From positions 33,604,001 through 33,668,000 of the forward strand of contig NC_043002.1 of the NCBI RefSeq assembly GCF_006345805.1: 64,000 nucleotides of DNA. The letters run 5' to 3'. Numbering within the stretch: position 1 is the stretch's first letter; the number at the start of each line of letters is the position of its first letter. The notes below the pieces were generated by a model. The model did no database searches. It saw only the letters and a program-made list of their open reading frames with translations, and was not told where the DNA came from. Below, one piece after another: positions 44,350 through 57,388 of this stretch. A program made the translations under genes and the position numbers. The stretch is from Octopus sinensis. Lineage: Eukaryota.

Positions 44350-45130
44350 AATTTTAATCGCGACCAGACGCGATGGAAGAAGACACCCAAAGCATAGTGG
44401 TGCAGGGCTGAAATCAAACTAAGTAGATTCGAAGCAAATCTTTAGGCATTTCTCATTCGAGATTTATGTGTTAATTCACTTTCCAAACGTGAAATTTTGG
44501 CTTCTATAACATTGTGCAACATCTTGAACAATTATTTTTTGCCACAGTCTCAGATCGATCAAAAACTTGCCAATGAAATTTTGGAAATGGAATCTATGAG
44601 GAAAAGACCGTTTCTGCTATAGAATTTAATCTGTCGCCTCGGCTTAACTACACCGTAAACCATCAAATCAGTCTCAGATCTGACAATAACTTCCCTATTT
44701 TTTGTACAAGCCTAGAAGGCTCTGAAAATGGTGGATAGGCCCAACAGATAGGTCATTTTGATATAAGATGTGCATGCCAGACACAATGGTAAGTTTTACT
44801 AATGCCGAGGGCGACAATATTCCTAATTCATCCAGGATAAGAACCAATGGATAGCTGACAGACGTGAACCCGTCATCAATGGATCGAGCTTTATGAAAAC
44901 CATAATGTGTTACCTAAAACCAAGGTAGTTCTCTGTAAAGAGGGACAGATTGAAGAATTTTATGAGCAAAGGTGCTAGCTCTGGGGCGCAATGTTTGAAG
45001 GTAATGAAAGAGATTCCATCAGAAACGATGTCTTTGTCGGTCTGAAATGACCGTACTTTCACATTTGAGATATTTGTATGCAAAATGGTGTATGGAATAA
45101 TATGAGATCCTCCAAGAACTGAAATACAAA
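44350..45130 (-). mobile_element. CR1/Jockey-group LINE RT relic
   Basis: DGISFITFKHCAPELAPLLIKFFNLSL and ALGISKTYHCVWHAHLISK on the minus strand. Confidence 0.65.
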
Positions 45131-45256
45131 TTTATCAAAATGCTACTGATATTTGGAAAAGATTTTAACCAGCTATAATATGTAACAATAAATGTGAGTT
45201 AAGAATTGTTATTTAATCCAGTTACCTCCCTTATTAAATCTACTGACGTCTCTTAC

Positions 45257-45388
45257 CTCCGTTACACAGGTAATTCCGAAAATAAAACTAATCAAACAGA
45301 CAATCCCAGTTATAAAAGTCTGATGGTTACCAAATTTTTCGGGGAAAGCGTCCGTAATGGCAGTAACGATCACTTGAACATGGGCAAA
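45257..45388 (-). CDS. SLC6 paralog B exon (end of TM8 + TM9)
   Basis: tttcag acceptor, GAG|gtaaga donor; FAHVQVIVTAITDAFPEKFGNHQTFITGIVCLISFIFGITCVTE. Confidence 0.93.
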
Positions 45389-45975
45389 CTGAAAGAGAAA
45401 ATGATACTTGAAACTTAGATAACATCTTTTTAATATAGCTTTCTTACAAGGCATTATTGATTTAACTTTATAAACAAGTAGGAGTCATGGTTGATCACAT
45501 CAACCTTGTAACTGGTTCTTATTTTAATCGAAAAAGTATTTCCAATGGTAAGTCAATTTTTTGTAAGTAGTATCCAACAGTTAAATCTGTTCCCGGTGCG
45601 TTCCTTTCTTGAAGTTTTTGAATCAGTTGAAAGAGTCTTGAAATTGATGCTGCATGTTTTCGGCTTTCTTCACATCACTTGCATCCTGTCTAAACTTACT
45701 CCAGATTTTCTCTAGAATGAATCTGTGTCTCCCTGAGAAGAATATGTTGTGTCATTTATTGATTGTTCTAGCTCTATATGCCGTATAGTTTATATTTTTG
45801 TGTACTTAATTACGTTAAACAAAATAAAAGATTCAATATTGCTTGTGCAGTTAAAATACTTATTACAACTGGTCTGATTACTTGTTTCAACGATACTAAC
45901 ATCTGCAAAGGTATTTGATGAAATGAACTTTTCTTTATAGAGTAATTTGATACAAGGGAGACATTGTGAGTTGAA

Positions 45976-46378
45976 ACACTTACCCAAGGTGCCATGCAGT
46001 GGGACTGAACTCGAAACCACATGGTTCCAGGTTCAGTCCCACTGCGTGGCACCTTGAGCAAGTGTCTTCTACTCTAGCCTCGGGCAGACCAAAGCCTTGT
46101 GAGCGGATTTGGTAGACAGAAACTGAAAGAAGCCCATCGTATGTATATATATATATATGTGTGTGTGTCTGTGTTTGTCCACCCCAACATCACTTGACAA
46201 CCGATGCTGGTGTGTTTACGTCCCCGTAACTTAGCGGTTCGGCAAAAGAGTCCGATAGAATAAGTACTAGGCGCTTACAAAGAATAAGTCCTGGGGTCGA
46301 TTTGCTCGACTAAAAGCGGTGCTCCAGCATAGTCACAGTCACATGACTGAAACAAGTAAAAGAGTAAAAGAGTAAGAG
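45976..46378 (+). mobile_element. SINE family A whose 5' head is replaced by an inverted copy (fold-back 45976-46065)
   Basis: acacttacccaaggtgccatgcagtgggactgaac.cgaaacca c a tggttccaggttcagtcccactgcgtggcaccttgagcaagtgt, then normal SINE body. Confidence 0.88.
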
Positions 46379-47287
46379 TATAAACATTAAGAGAGGGGAG
46401 GAAGTTTTGAATTTGTACAAGTAACAAACAAAAAGGAAAGTGAAGCCTGTATAAAAAGATTGCTAGGTGTTTAGTCAGCCTAATAGTAAATCTTCCAGCG
46501 AATTATTGTTAAGGTGAAGCTCATTGTTACGAATAAGTAATAACAATGTCCTCTCTAAGAAATATGATATTGCTTTTAAAAAAATTTTTAGTTGTGCAAT
46601 ACTTTTGTAAAAACGTATATACACAGTTATTGCCCTGCAAATAATTTATAGATATGCGTGTACTTTTGATGTACGAATATGCGCATATTTATAGGTGCCG
46701 TGGCCTGAAGGTTCTTGAGCTAATCTGTTGTAGTGACTGGTTATTGAACGAAAATATGTTTTTTGGACTGCATGTAGAAGTAAATGAACAACTCCTGCAA
46801 ACATTTAACAGATTTTATTATCGCACATAAAAACAAACTGCGTTGGCCTTTTACAAATAACAACAGCAATAATTACATACTAGGAACGAGATACTGGTTG
46901 GAGTTTACGACAAGCTATTGATATGGCAACATGCATCATCCGCAGTATAACTGGAAACAACTGTACTATGTTTGTGGCGACGGAGGTTTCTTTCATCTAT
47001 TTGCAACATTTGTCTTGGCATCCTTCCTGGATCATTTGGCTGGTAAAAATGTGCTCCGAACCCTTTTATAGGGGACTAGAAGTCAAATTCTAGAATGTTT
47101 GAGAAAACCTGCTCACACTGATTGGTCGGTTAGTATACCGATCACTTAAAATTATGATGATTTGCTTGTGTTGTCTGGCTGCGTATCCAGGGATTCGGTT
47201 TCGAGTCCCTGCTACAGCAGTTCTTTCCCAGCACATTACAGAATGTAAAAACAAAGCGGATTAATAAAAAGGGAATTTACATAAAAT

Positions 47288-47339
<52 letters not shown>

Positions 47340-47789
47340 AGAGAGAGAGTGAAAGAAAGACAGACAGACAGACAGAGACATAGACCAATGCAAATACAAA
47401 AAAGAATAAAACGTACTGAGAACTGAAAATTGCTGAAAAAATATCCATGCAACAATGAAAAGTTCAAAGAAAATGCAAAATTCTGCAGTTCATATATTTT
47501 GGTTGGGCTATGGGTTATAAAATGAAAACAGTTTTTCGTGTGTTTGTATGTTAATGAAAATATATGCGAATGTATCAAACAGGCCAAATGCAATCTTCTT
47601 CCACTTTTATTCATCTTGTCAGTATGAAGTGCGTTGTTGTCTCATAATGTTATGCTTATGTGTGGATTGTTCGGGTATGACAGAAGAAAAGGAGGAGTGT
47701 TGTAGTAGCGAAATAGGCTCAACGAAAGCCTGCTTCAACCGATCAACAGTCTCCTGTCTCCCTTAGATGTCCAAAACCATATACTATGG

Positions 47790-49560
47790 TTTAACTTTTA
47801 ACACACGGTACGGCTGGAATAAACTGTCTGCAACGGATGCTAAACTGCATCGTTGCGTGTAAATACATGAGTCCATCTACTGATATCGAGTAGAACGAAA
47901 GTTTTAATCGACTGCGGTCTCGTTATTGATAGAGCTAACTCCGCCATGTAATTTCGTAGCCGGTGAATATAGCTGGTGGGATCATATTGTTGAGTAGCTG
48001 TTAGCAATATCATTTGAGGAGTAACGTAGGTCCTCCTTAACAACAGTACATAGATCTAGTAATACAACCAGCAGAGCTTCTAACCATTTATCCGAATCGA
48101 AATGTGCTCGTAAATCGGCTTTAAGCTGTCAGTGAAAGCGTTCTATCATTCCATTAGACATGAAGCGGTAAGCTGTAGCGCAAATTTGACGCGTACCTAA
48201 CGGGTTAGGTCAGAGAAAAGACTGAATTAGAACTGACGGACTCTGTCGGTCGTTATTTTCATTATCATTGTGGTCCAAAACGTGAAATCCGTTCGGCCAC
48301 TGGGGTCTTGGCAACTATAGAGGAATGAAATATCTTTAATCGGTATGGCTTCCGGTCATCTGGAAAAACGGTCCTGTATAGGTCAAAAGATAATTTTACC
48401 CTGAACTGGTATAAGAGAATCCATGATATCCATGTAGATCTGCTCAAAATGAGTGTCAAGAGATGCCAAGATGCCTAACGGTGTTTTGACGTGGGGCTTA
48501 ATCTTGGCATTTGGCAGAATATACAATTACGAATGTCATTCTGCATACTAGACCACGGAAAACGATTTGAAATTAATTTCGCTGTTGCCGAAATACTCGG
48601 ATGAGATAAATTATGGAAAGTAGATGGATCGTCTATGATTCTAAGGGACGTACGGTCTAGAAAATCCAGTAGAAACATCACACCATACAGGAATGCAGTA
48701 ATAATATATGAAAATCAAGAGAAGATGACTCTATGTCTAAAGTTGTGGTAACTGTTCTTTGTTCTTTTTGATGCATAACAATCCTTTCCAAATAAATAAT
48801 ATCGACGAAAAGCAAAGCATTGACAAAGACACAGGATAAAGTGTCTGCTGCAAAATTATCAGCATCTTTGATATATCGAATATCCACAGTAAATTCGAGG
48901 TATGATCAATGTGCCTGATATCTCTAGGGTGTTTCTATCAGTCATAGATTGCTATGCATAAGTCAACCGCTTATGATCAGTATATATGATGAAGGTTCGT
49001 CCTTCTAAGAAGTATCGAAAAGCTTCATAAATAAATAAGCGGAAACTAATCCTCTTCCGAAAGAATTGTACCTCGTTTCTGCTGGTTCAAAACGCTTGGA
49101 AAAGAGGAAAGAAGATCCAAAAAATCTTCAAGAGACTTTTACTCCGCTGTTTTCAACGTCAGATGCATCTACTATCAGTAATAGAGGAGCGGCTGATAAT
49201 CAAATAAACATGTAAAGCTGATTGGATATGAGATTGACCCATCGCAAAATCGATGGAATTTGTCGCCTAAAATAATACAAATAATTCTGCCACTGAAGAG
49301 ACAAAGCACATCGAAATTACGTGATCTGGTGGTTCTAACGCCAGTAGTACACGATTCTCCTCCACCTGGGATATATGTGTGCTTTTGTGCCCCATGCGTC
49401 TATATGAGAGGTCCTCGCAAGGTAAATAACGCACCATTTGTCTACAGCAAAAAAATGTTCTCCGTAACAAACCACAATGAATGGCTTGTTTACAAGCTGA
49501 ACGTGCTATTGCCGTATTCAACCTGGTAATAACACTGCATTTATATAAATCACTGCCTAG
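47790..49560 (-). mobile_element. Gypsy pol relic (RT end, RNase H, integrase)
   Basis: FRYFLEGRTFIIYTDHK; DIRYIKDADNFAADTLS; FHNLSHPSISATAKLISNRFPW..CIFCQ; SNGMIERFH. Confidence 0.85.
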
Positions 49561-49970
49561 TGCTTCCACCCCGGAATAAATAAATGTCTCGTGAGTGAAG
49601 ACAAAGGAATTTTTGTAAGAAAAAGGAGAGAAGGAAGGAAAGAGAGCAGTATCGAGAGAATGAAAGAAGCTATAGAACATTGAAATACAAAATTACATAT
49701 GCATCGCAAACATGCTTCAATCCATGGCCTCGGCTAGAAAAAAAAAAGATAAATATAGAAGTGAAGAAAGGTTGTAAAAGGAAGATAATTAATGCAGATG
49801 TATAGAGGGTGGAGTGAATATAATTGTAGAGAAAGTTCAGAGAACAAAGTAGCAGAGGAAATTTGGTGAGATGGGTGAAAGGTAATGCAGTTGTTGCATA
49901 TATTTGTTAATGGTCAAAGTAAACGCAGGCACAAAAACTGGTCGAAATCAACGGACCAACGAATACTTAC

Positions 49971-50083
49971 CTGACTGTCTAAGCCGACCAACACCAGCAT
50001 TGCGAAAAACATTACTGCCCAGATCTGAGCAAAGGGTAAAGTTGAAAGTGCCTGTGGGTAAACTATAAAGGCAATCCCTGGAC
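49971..50083 (-). CDS. SLC6 paralog B exon (EL4 + TM8)
   Basis: gccag acceptor, CAG|gtaagt donor; (G)[37 protein letters not shown]. Confidence 0.94.
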
Positions 50084-50229
50084 CTGGCAAAATACAGAAA
50101 AGAATTGCTGGGTTCTTGAAATACTGATTTTGTACAAAAACTTAATCACATTGTCGTATTAAATGTAAGAGGTCTGGTGTACACTAAGTTATAACTTGCT
50201 CGCTCACTTCTGTTGCTTATAGCAGTGCT

Positions 50230-50580
50230 TGGAAGTAAAGTGTGTAGATTGTGGACGTCTCACCTTACCACGGGGTTTCCATTAGTGACCATGGCGGAGA
50301 AAGTGTGTGTGAGAGAGAGACAGAGAAAGGCGGGAGGGAGGGAGAAAGAGTACGTGAAAAGAGACACGGCCTGAAGGTTATTACAGCTAAGAATCTCTCC
50401 AAATATCAAATCCCACTTCAAATGAACAAGATTTCAAGACGTACAGAAACCCAAGAGAATGCGATAAGGAATCTGCTCGCTATCCAAAAAAAGGAATTCC
50501 AGGAATGCTTTCATCGATAGAAAGAACGGTGAATGAAGTGTATGGCTTCAGAAAGGGACTACTTCGAAAGAGATTAAATG
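50230..50580 (+). mobile_element. Mariner transposase 3' relic
   Basis: QENAIRNLLAIQKKEFQECFHR..KC.AS.RDYFE C-terminal motif. Confidence 0.6.
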
Positions 50581-50740
50581 ATATTAAATGATATTAAACT
50601 GATATGTGATGTACTTTTCTGTCATAGCAGCAGTCCCGATACTTTTTCATCAATGCTCGAAACATGTTTAATATATCTTAAGGTATTATATTAATAACAC
50701 CAACAACATTGACATTGTAGATATAGCATAGTTAATTTAC

Positions 50741-50865
50741 CTTTAGATATCACATTGTCAAGGTCCGTTTTTCTAAGGTGAGCCATATAACCCAGGATAC
50801 TAAACGATGTCAAACCAGACAAAAAACTAGTTAATCCATCTATTATTGGTAGAATGACGGCATCT
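50741..50865 (-). CDS. SLC6 paralog B exon (TM7)
   Basis: ttacag acceptor, G|gtaaat donor; (R)DAVILPIIDGLTSFLSGLTSFSILGYMAHLRKTDLDNVISK(G). Confidence 0.93.
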
Positions 50866-51797
50866 CTGTAAGAAATTGAAATAAATCAAGATTTACAAAA
50901 TGGAATCTATGTTAATAAGTCTGGATACAGGATTTAAAAAGGAGTAAATAAAACATTCCCGATAGAATTACTTCAAACACTGTTGATATCAAAAGTCCTC
51001 TCAAAACGTTGTGGAAGTACTGGAGACCAAAACGTAGAGAGTAATCCGGCAGTTCAGTTTCGATCATAATAATATCTACATATAAAAGTATTTCATCTGT
51101 CATGTTTGAGTTCATGTCAAGGTAAGAAATCGAAACTATACCAAAATTATCAAATATTATTTCATCAATTTATAGCCACGAAGTACTGAGTCAATATTGT
51201 AGTGTACAATCATATGGCTATCAACTGTCCAGTTTGTATTGCCACAAGCACTGAGTAGTATAAAATATCACTGTACTGTGTCCATGGAGAGAACACATGA
51301 TTGTCGATATAGCGTTTCAACAAGCTGTAAATAGGCACTTCATTGTGTTATGATAGCTCAGTCTACTGTGTCTATCGCGAACATTCTTGACAGTTAACAG
51401 TCTATCTAGCTGGATGTAAGTACCGTATTGTGGTGTGACAGATCATTGTATTGCGTCCAAGACCAATGCACTTTCGTATCAACTGTTAAGTCCATCAAGC
51501 TGAATGTAGATACTACAGTATGTATTGAAGTAGCTGCAGTTGGGTACCGAAATGCAGTCAACTTAAATCTATCCAAGATTTATTGGTGCAATGAAGAGTG
51601 ATCTCTCACATTGACGCTAATGTTTCGATTCATCGAGATGGACATTATTTTAACATTGCTTATTCCCTATTTTAAGTCATTAATTACAAAACTGAAACGA
51701 TATAACAGTTTGGTAGAAAATGCTCACTACATAAACTTCTACCCCAATATACTGACCGCAGTTGACACACCGATAATGATAGTAGAGAACGTATTAC

Positions 51798-51901
51798 CTC
51801 TGGCAGTCGTTATGGAAGTCGTTATAACTTGCTAATGTTGATAATCCACCTATACCGACTCCAATAGAGAAAAGTATTTGAGTTGCAGCATCTTTCCATA
51901 C
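51798..51901 (-). CDS. SLC6 paralog B exon (TM6)
   Basis: ttcaag acceptor, AG|gtaata donor; [34 protein letters not shown](R). Confidence 0.93.
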
Positions 51902-52374
51902 CTTGAAATAAGAAAAAGAAAACAGAAATATATTCAATTAGCATAATTATTGGTTTCTAACATAGTTAAATACGTTCGTAACCCGAGGAGACGGTTAGTT
52001 AATTTTCATAGTACGCTTATTTGACTGCTACTTTATCAATCTTTGAAGGATTAATTGTAAATCAAGTAGATTTGAATCCAGAGTATAAAGAAACACAACT
52101 AAATATTACAAGACCGTTTAAATAGGCACCGATGTCGACTTTACCTTCTATCATTTTGGGTGTCTCTGAATTAAGAACCAGTTGCACACTAGGGTCGACG
52201 AAATCGGCTAGCCTCACCTCCAAAAATCTCAAACTTTTTGCCTATAGTAAGAAGGATTTTGTTTTTCTTTGTAATTCAGATTTTGTTGGAACCCTTGGGG
52301 TCTTGCATGGGTAGCGGGTTTACTACCTTCAGCCTACAGTACTATGCTATTTGTTATTTTCAACTATTATTGTT

Positions 52375-52925
52375 ACTGAGAGAGGGAGCAGCGCATGCCA
52401 TCAAAGTGACACTGGGGTAAAAAAAAATGCGAAACTCAGTATACCCATCATGACTACGCGTCAGATAAAGGTTCACCAGGCACACACATCGCAACCATAT
52501 GTACGCAACATGGTAATCTCATGTCAAAATAAACAGCGCATGGCCTTGCAGGTGGGGCCCAGTTAAAATTTTCTTCAGGTCGTGTAGCCCATCCCACTCA
52601 AAACGTCCCTGATAAAGCGTTGTTTAAGGACGTTGAGCGAAACACCCATGTTTCCAGAGGTGAATTATTCAAGCCCCAAAGAATTCTTCTCAACACATGG
52701 CTATGATGTTCCACCACTACTTCTGCTCGTGACCAGAGATGCACATATCGTCAACCACTAAGGGACATGCACAAGTGGTTATGGTAAAACAACTGACAAG
52801 TAAATTTGTGATATTGAACAGAATATTTGCTGTAACCCATCTTTTATACCAAGACACATGTACAGGATAACACTGCCAATCAGTTAAGATCTGAAACCAT
52901 GAGAGCCAGTGCCTGGTACGGCATC
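52375..52925 (+). mobile_element. Common non-coding interspersed repeat (probable SINE or LINE UTR), followed by (TAG)n/(CAG)n at 52950-53082
   Basis: recognised from memory as an octopus repeat (gcatgccatcaaagtgacactggggtaaaa...); single copy here; class uncertain. Confidence 0.5.
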
Positions 52926-52951
52926 AAGACATTCATTGTTGTTGTTGTTGC

Positions 52952-53082
<131 letters not shown>

Positions 53083-53691
53083 AGTCGGCGAGCTGACAGA
53101 ATCGGGCAAAATGCTTAGCGGCATTTCATCTGTGTCTACGTTCTGAGTTCAAATTCCGCCGCGGTAGACTTTGCTTTCATCCTTTCGGAGGTGATAAATT
53201 AAGTACCAGTGAAACACTGGAGTCGATCTAATCGACTCTCCCTTGGTGTCATAGTTAGAAATAAATCAATAATTCTTGTTGTTGTTGTTACAATTAAGCA
53301 AATCTGATCAGCTTTCTGTTGAGCATTTTCAGTAGCAGGTTCTATAATCACTTGGAAGAAACGCTAGTATAATTATAGTTGGGTGTGGAACCCTTCCACA
53401 ATATTGAGATCTGTTAGACATAACTTCCGTTGTAATACTTCCTACACCATTATTTCTGATACCTGTTCTCTCAAATATAAATGACTAGGTCATTGCTAAT
53501 CACAAAGATCACAGAGCTGATGAAAACCTTTGGTATTCTCGAGTGTTAATTATCTATCACTGGTAACTTTTCTGCTCAGAAGTTAGGCTTTGATATGAGG
53601 GTAACTTGGCTGCTATTTCTATAACTATAATACATATATTTGATAAACATGACATGAATTCGAGACGGCCGAAGAAAAGTTTTCCACTTAC

Positions 53692-53826
53692 CGAGATATC
53701 TTTTACTTTTTCCCAGTTTGGCTTCACGAAGTAATAAATTCCATCCATTGATCCCGGTAATGTTAAACCCCTTATCAGCAGGATTGTGAGGAAAACATAG
53801 GGCAAGGTAGCAGCAACGTACACAAC
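53692..53826 (-). CDS. SLC6 paralog B exon (TM5)
   Basis: gcag acceptor, TCG|gtaagt donor; [45 protein letters not shown]. Confidence 0.95.
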
Positions 53827-53884
53827 CTGCGCATAGAATACAATACTGAGGATAAAATAAACTGGGAATGTGTGTGTGTGTGTG

Positions 53885-54150
53885 TTAAATAAAATGAGAC
53901 AACAAAGCCGAGGCAGTGTAAAATTCCAAGGACATTTATAGAGAGAAATGTAGTCTTAGAGCTGTTTCATGGTTATGAGGGATATCTCATCATCAGAGAC
54001 GATATGAGAAAGTTAAATAGAAGAGAATAGAAGAGAATATACCTCTCTCATATAGTCTCTGACGATGGGATATCCCTCATATTTCTGAAACAGCTGTAAG
54101 ACACCTTTCTCCTAATAAATTTCCTAGAAATTTCACACTGTTTTGTCGTC
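53885..54150. repeat. Inverted pair of hammerhead-like terminal-repeat units in the intron upstream of the TM5 exon
   Basis: minus 53951-54000 gtct CTGATGA..GAAAC AGCT CTA agacta; plus 54053-54102 tagtct CTGACGA..GAAAC AGCT GTA agac; 3' flanks also homologous. Confidence 0.7.
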
Positions 54151-54159
54151 TAACCTCTC

Positions 54160-54204
<45 letters not shown>

Positions 54205-54209
54205 GTGTG

Positions 54210-54240
<31 letters not shown>

Positions 54241-54267
54241 TGAATTATTTTCTGACTCACCCTTGTG

Positions 54268-54300
<33 letters not shown>

Positions 54301-55179
54301 TATATATATATATATACATATACATACATACATACATACATACATACATACATACATACATACATACATACATACATACATACAAAAAATGTACACAAAA
54401 AGGCAAAAGAGAAAAATAAATAAATGATGAAAAATAAAAATAAAATGAAAATTATAAAATTATATATCTATATATATATATATATATATATATAGCGGCG
54501 TACGTACACTTTGGTCTCTGATATGTGAGTATATATTTATCTAAATCCTGTACGACTCTATTCTTTTATTCTTTTATTCTTTCCTTTTTTCTATCAGCCC
54601 TTTCACGCTTATTTCGTTCATTCCACTCTTCGTTCTTTCGTTCCCCCTCTCTCACATTTCATTACCTTCTCTTCTTGCTCACTTTCCCTCCTCTTTTCAC
54701 TTCACTGTGTCCCTGTCATTGTTTCTCGCCCCTACTTATTTGTTCTTCCCTCTGCCTCATCCTCTCTCTCTTTTCTCCCCATGTGACCGGTGTTCGGCCA
54801 AGCCTGACCTTTCTTTCTGTATTCTTCCCTGTGCCTGTGATATCTTGTATCCCTGCCGTAAGGCTTTACTTCCACACACGCCAGCTTAATTTAATTCGTC
54901 CTTAGTCGAAAGACACCTGTTGTTATGTCCAGTTTTCTGTATTTGTGTAACTTTCTTCGCTTTTTCCGTCCTTGTTTTCATATACATTCGCTGCTTTCTT
55001 CCAAGAAATCTAATACTCTTAGCTTAGTTTTTCTGGCCAGATTGGAACAATCTCGAGTATAACCAGCAGAAATTGCAAAGATAATCTGAAACTCGACTTA
55101 AGAAAGAAAACTCTGAATGACCCGTCCTTGTTTTCTTTGTATCGTCTATCTGGGTGTTCTGCGTTCTTGTCCCATTCTG

Positions 55180-55226
<47 letters not shown>

Positions 55227-55269
55227 CGGCGTACGTACACTTTGGTCTCTCATATATATATATATATAT

Positions 55270-55707
55270 AAATTTTCCTTCCTGCGAAAAGCATACACCA
55301 TACCACCTGTTAGAATTGAATTGGTGACCTCAAACCAGAAAACCAGACACAGGTCACTTTTGACGAGAACACAATGCTGACCTCTCCATATCTTGATGGA
55401 CTTAGCTATTCTCTCCAGTTCTCAATTACTGTTAATCGTATTTTTATTTTCTATTTTATTTATATATGTAAAGTAAATGAAATCAAGAATAAATAAATAA
55501 ATGAATACATTTATTTATTTATTTTTCTTTATTTATTTACTTTTCCCCTCTTCTTCTTCTTCTTCTTCTTCTTCTTCTTCTTCTTGCCTTCACACAACAT
55601 GCTTTTGTAAATTTTTTATACATACATACATGCATACATACATACATACATGCATACATACATACATACACATATATGTAAAAGACGTTCTCACGCACAC
55701 ACACACA

Positions 55708-55779
<72 letters not shown>

Positions 55780-56259
55780 AATTTTCCTTCCTGCGAAAAG
55801 CATACACCATACCACCTGTTAGAATTGAATTGGTGACCTCAAACCAGAAAACCAGACACAGGTCACTTTTGACGAGAACACAATGCTGACCTCTCCATAT
55901 CTTGATGGACTTAGCTATTCTCTCCAGTTCTCAATTACTGTTAATCGTATTTTTATTTTCTATTTTATTTATATATGTAAAGTAAATGAAATCAAGAATA
56001 AATAAATAAATGAATACATTTATTTATTTATTTTTCTTTATTTATTTACTTTTCCCCTCTTCTTCTTCTTCTTCTTCTTCTTCTTCTTCTTCTTTCTTCT
56101 TCTTCTTCTTCTCTTCTTCTTCTTCTTGCCTTCACACAACATGCTTTTGTAAATTTTTTATACATACATACATGCATACATACATACATGCATACATACA
56201 TACATACACATATATGTAAAAGACGTTCTCACGCACACACACACACACACATACACACA

Positions 56260-56310
<51 letters not shown>
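55270..56310. repeat. Tandem duplication, period ~509 bp, identical outside microsatellites
   Basis: aaattttccttcctgcgaaaagcatacacc... starts at 55270 and 55779. Confidence 0.92.
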
Positions 56311-56317
<7 letters not shown>

Positions 56318-56319
56318 CG

Positions 56320-56602
56320 TGGAGGCACAATGGCCCAGTGGTTAGGGCAGTGGACTCGCGGTCGTAGGATCGCGGTTTCGATTCCCAGACCGGGCGTTGT
56401 GAGTGTTTATTGAGGGAAAACACCTAAAAGCTCCACGACGGTCCGGCAGGAGGTGGTGATCCCTGCTGTACTCTTTCACCACTCTTTCTTCTGTTGGCCT
56501 GCCCGCTTAGCCAGCGGGGTGGCGTCATTCAAAGGCTAAAACCTTGCGAACGCATTGTGACCAGCGATGTGTAACATCTGATGGTCTGGTCGGTCACGTG
56601 AT

Positions 56603-56610
<8 letters not shown>
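56320..56610 (+). mobile_element. tRNA-derived SINE family B, full-length
   Basis: GGAGGCACAATGGCCCAGTGGTTAGGGCAG...GGTTTCGATTCCC A/B boxes; gtcacgtgatcacgtgat end. Confidence 0.88.
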
Positions 56611-56643
<33 letters not shown>

Positions 56644-57255
56644 TGTGCGCATACATACACGCACACACATACACACACGTATACATACTAATATACTTGT
56701 ATTTCTCTAAACTTTTTTACTATTGCATGCACATACATATGCGTACATATGTATGAATAAGCTGAAGATTCTGATTTCAGCTTAATTTTAACCATCAACA
56801 GAGTTTTATCCTTTGGAAACTTCACCAAACTTAGGCTTAAAGCGATTAATTCCCACTACAAAAAATGGACAATAGGATGGTGAATATAACCGTTGATCTT
56901 TAAATGTAGTAGTTTAGTTAGCTAGTGGTCGTACGTTCCATTTTTGGCACAGTTAATCCATATATATTCAAATGAAACGGCCTTACTGCTTCACAAGTTG
57001 TCGAATATAATTAATTTGTTAGTGTTAGTGGCTAACTATTTTTACATATCTTCATTATCGTACAAATTCTTGTGACTACCCTTAAACGCCGTCCTTAACT
57101 TACTGATTTTAATGGCTACCTTTATACATGAGGTAGAGTCAATATAACACAACTGCATCGATTCTAGTGACTTGCCTTATTAGATAGTTCTCTAACTTTA
57201 GAATCTTAAACATATTATACAAAAGTTTCTAATATCTTCAGAATGGACCACTTAC

Positions 57256-57388
57256 CTTACCAGATGTCTTGATACCTCTTGAAAGACAGAGAAATGTTAT
57301 CAACCAAATCAAGAAGAGACACAAGAGTAAAGGTGGTCGTACAGTTCCTATGTTGTTAACACTTGGTGACAGGTTCAATACATGACGT
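57256..57388 (-). CDS. SLC6 paralog B exon (TM4)
   Basis: tgtag acceptor, AAG|gtaagt donor; 133 nt; RHVLNLSPSVNNIGTVRPPLLLCLFLIWLITFLCLSRGIKTSGK; not in ORF track. Confidence 0.92.

Noticed and set aside
46650-47120. Coding-looking stretch on the plus strand
   Set aside because: No recognisable domain, and frames are interrupted by stops.
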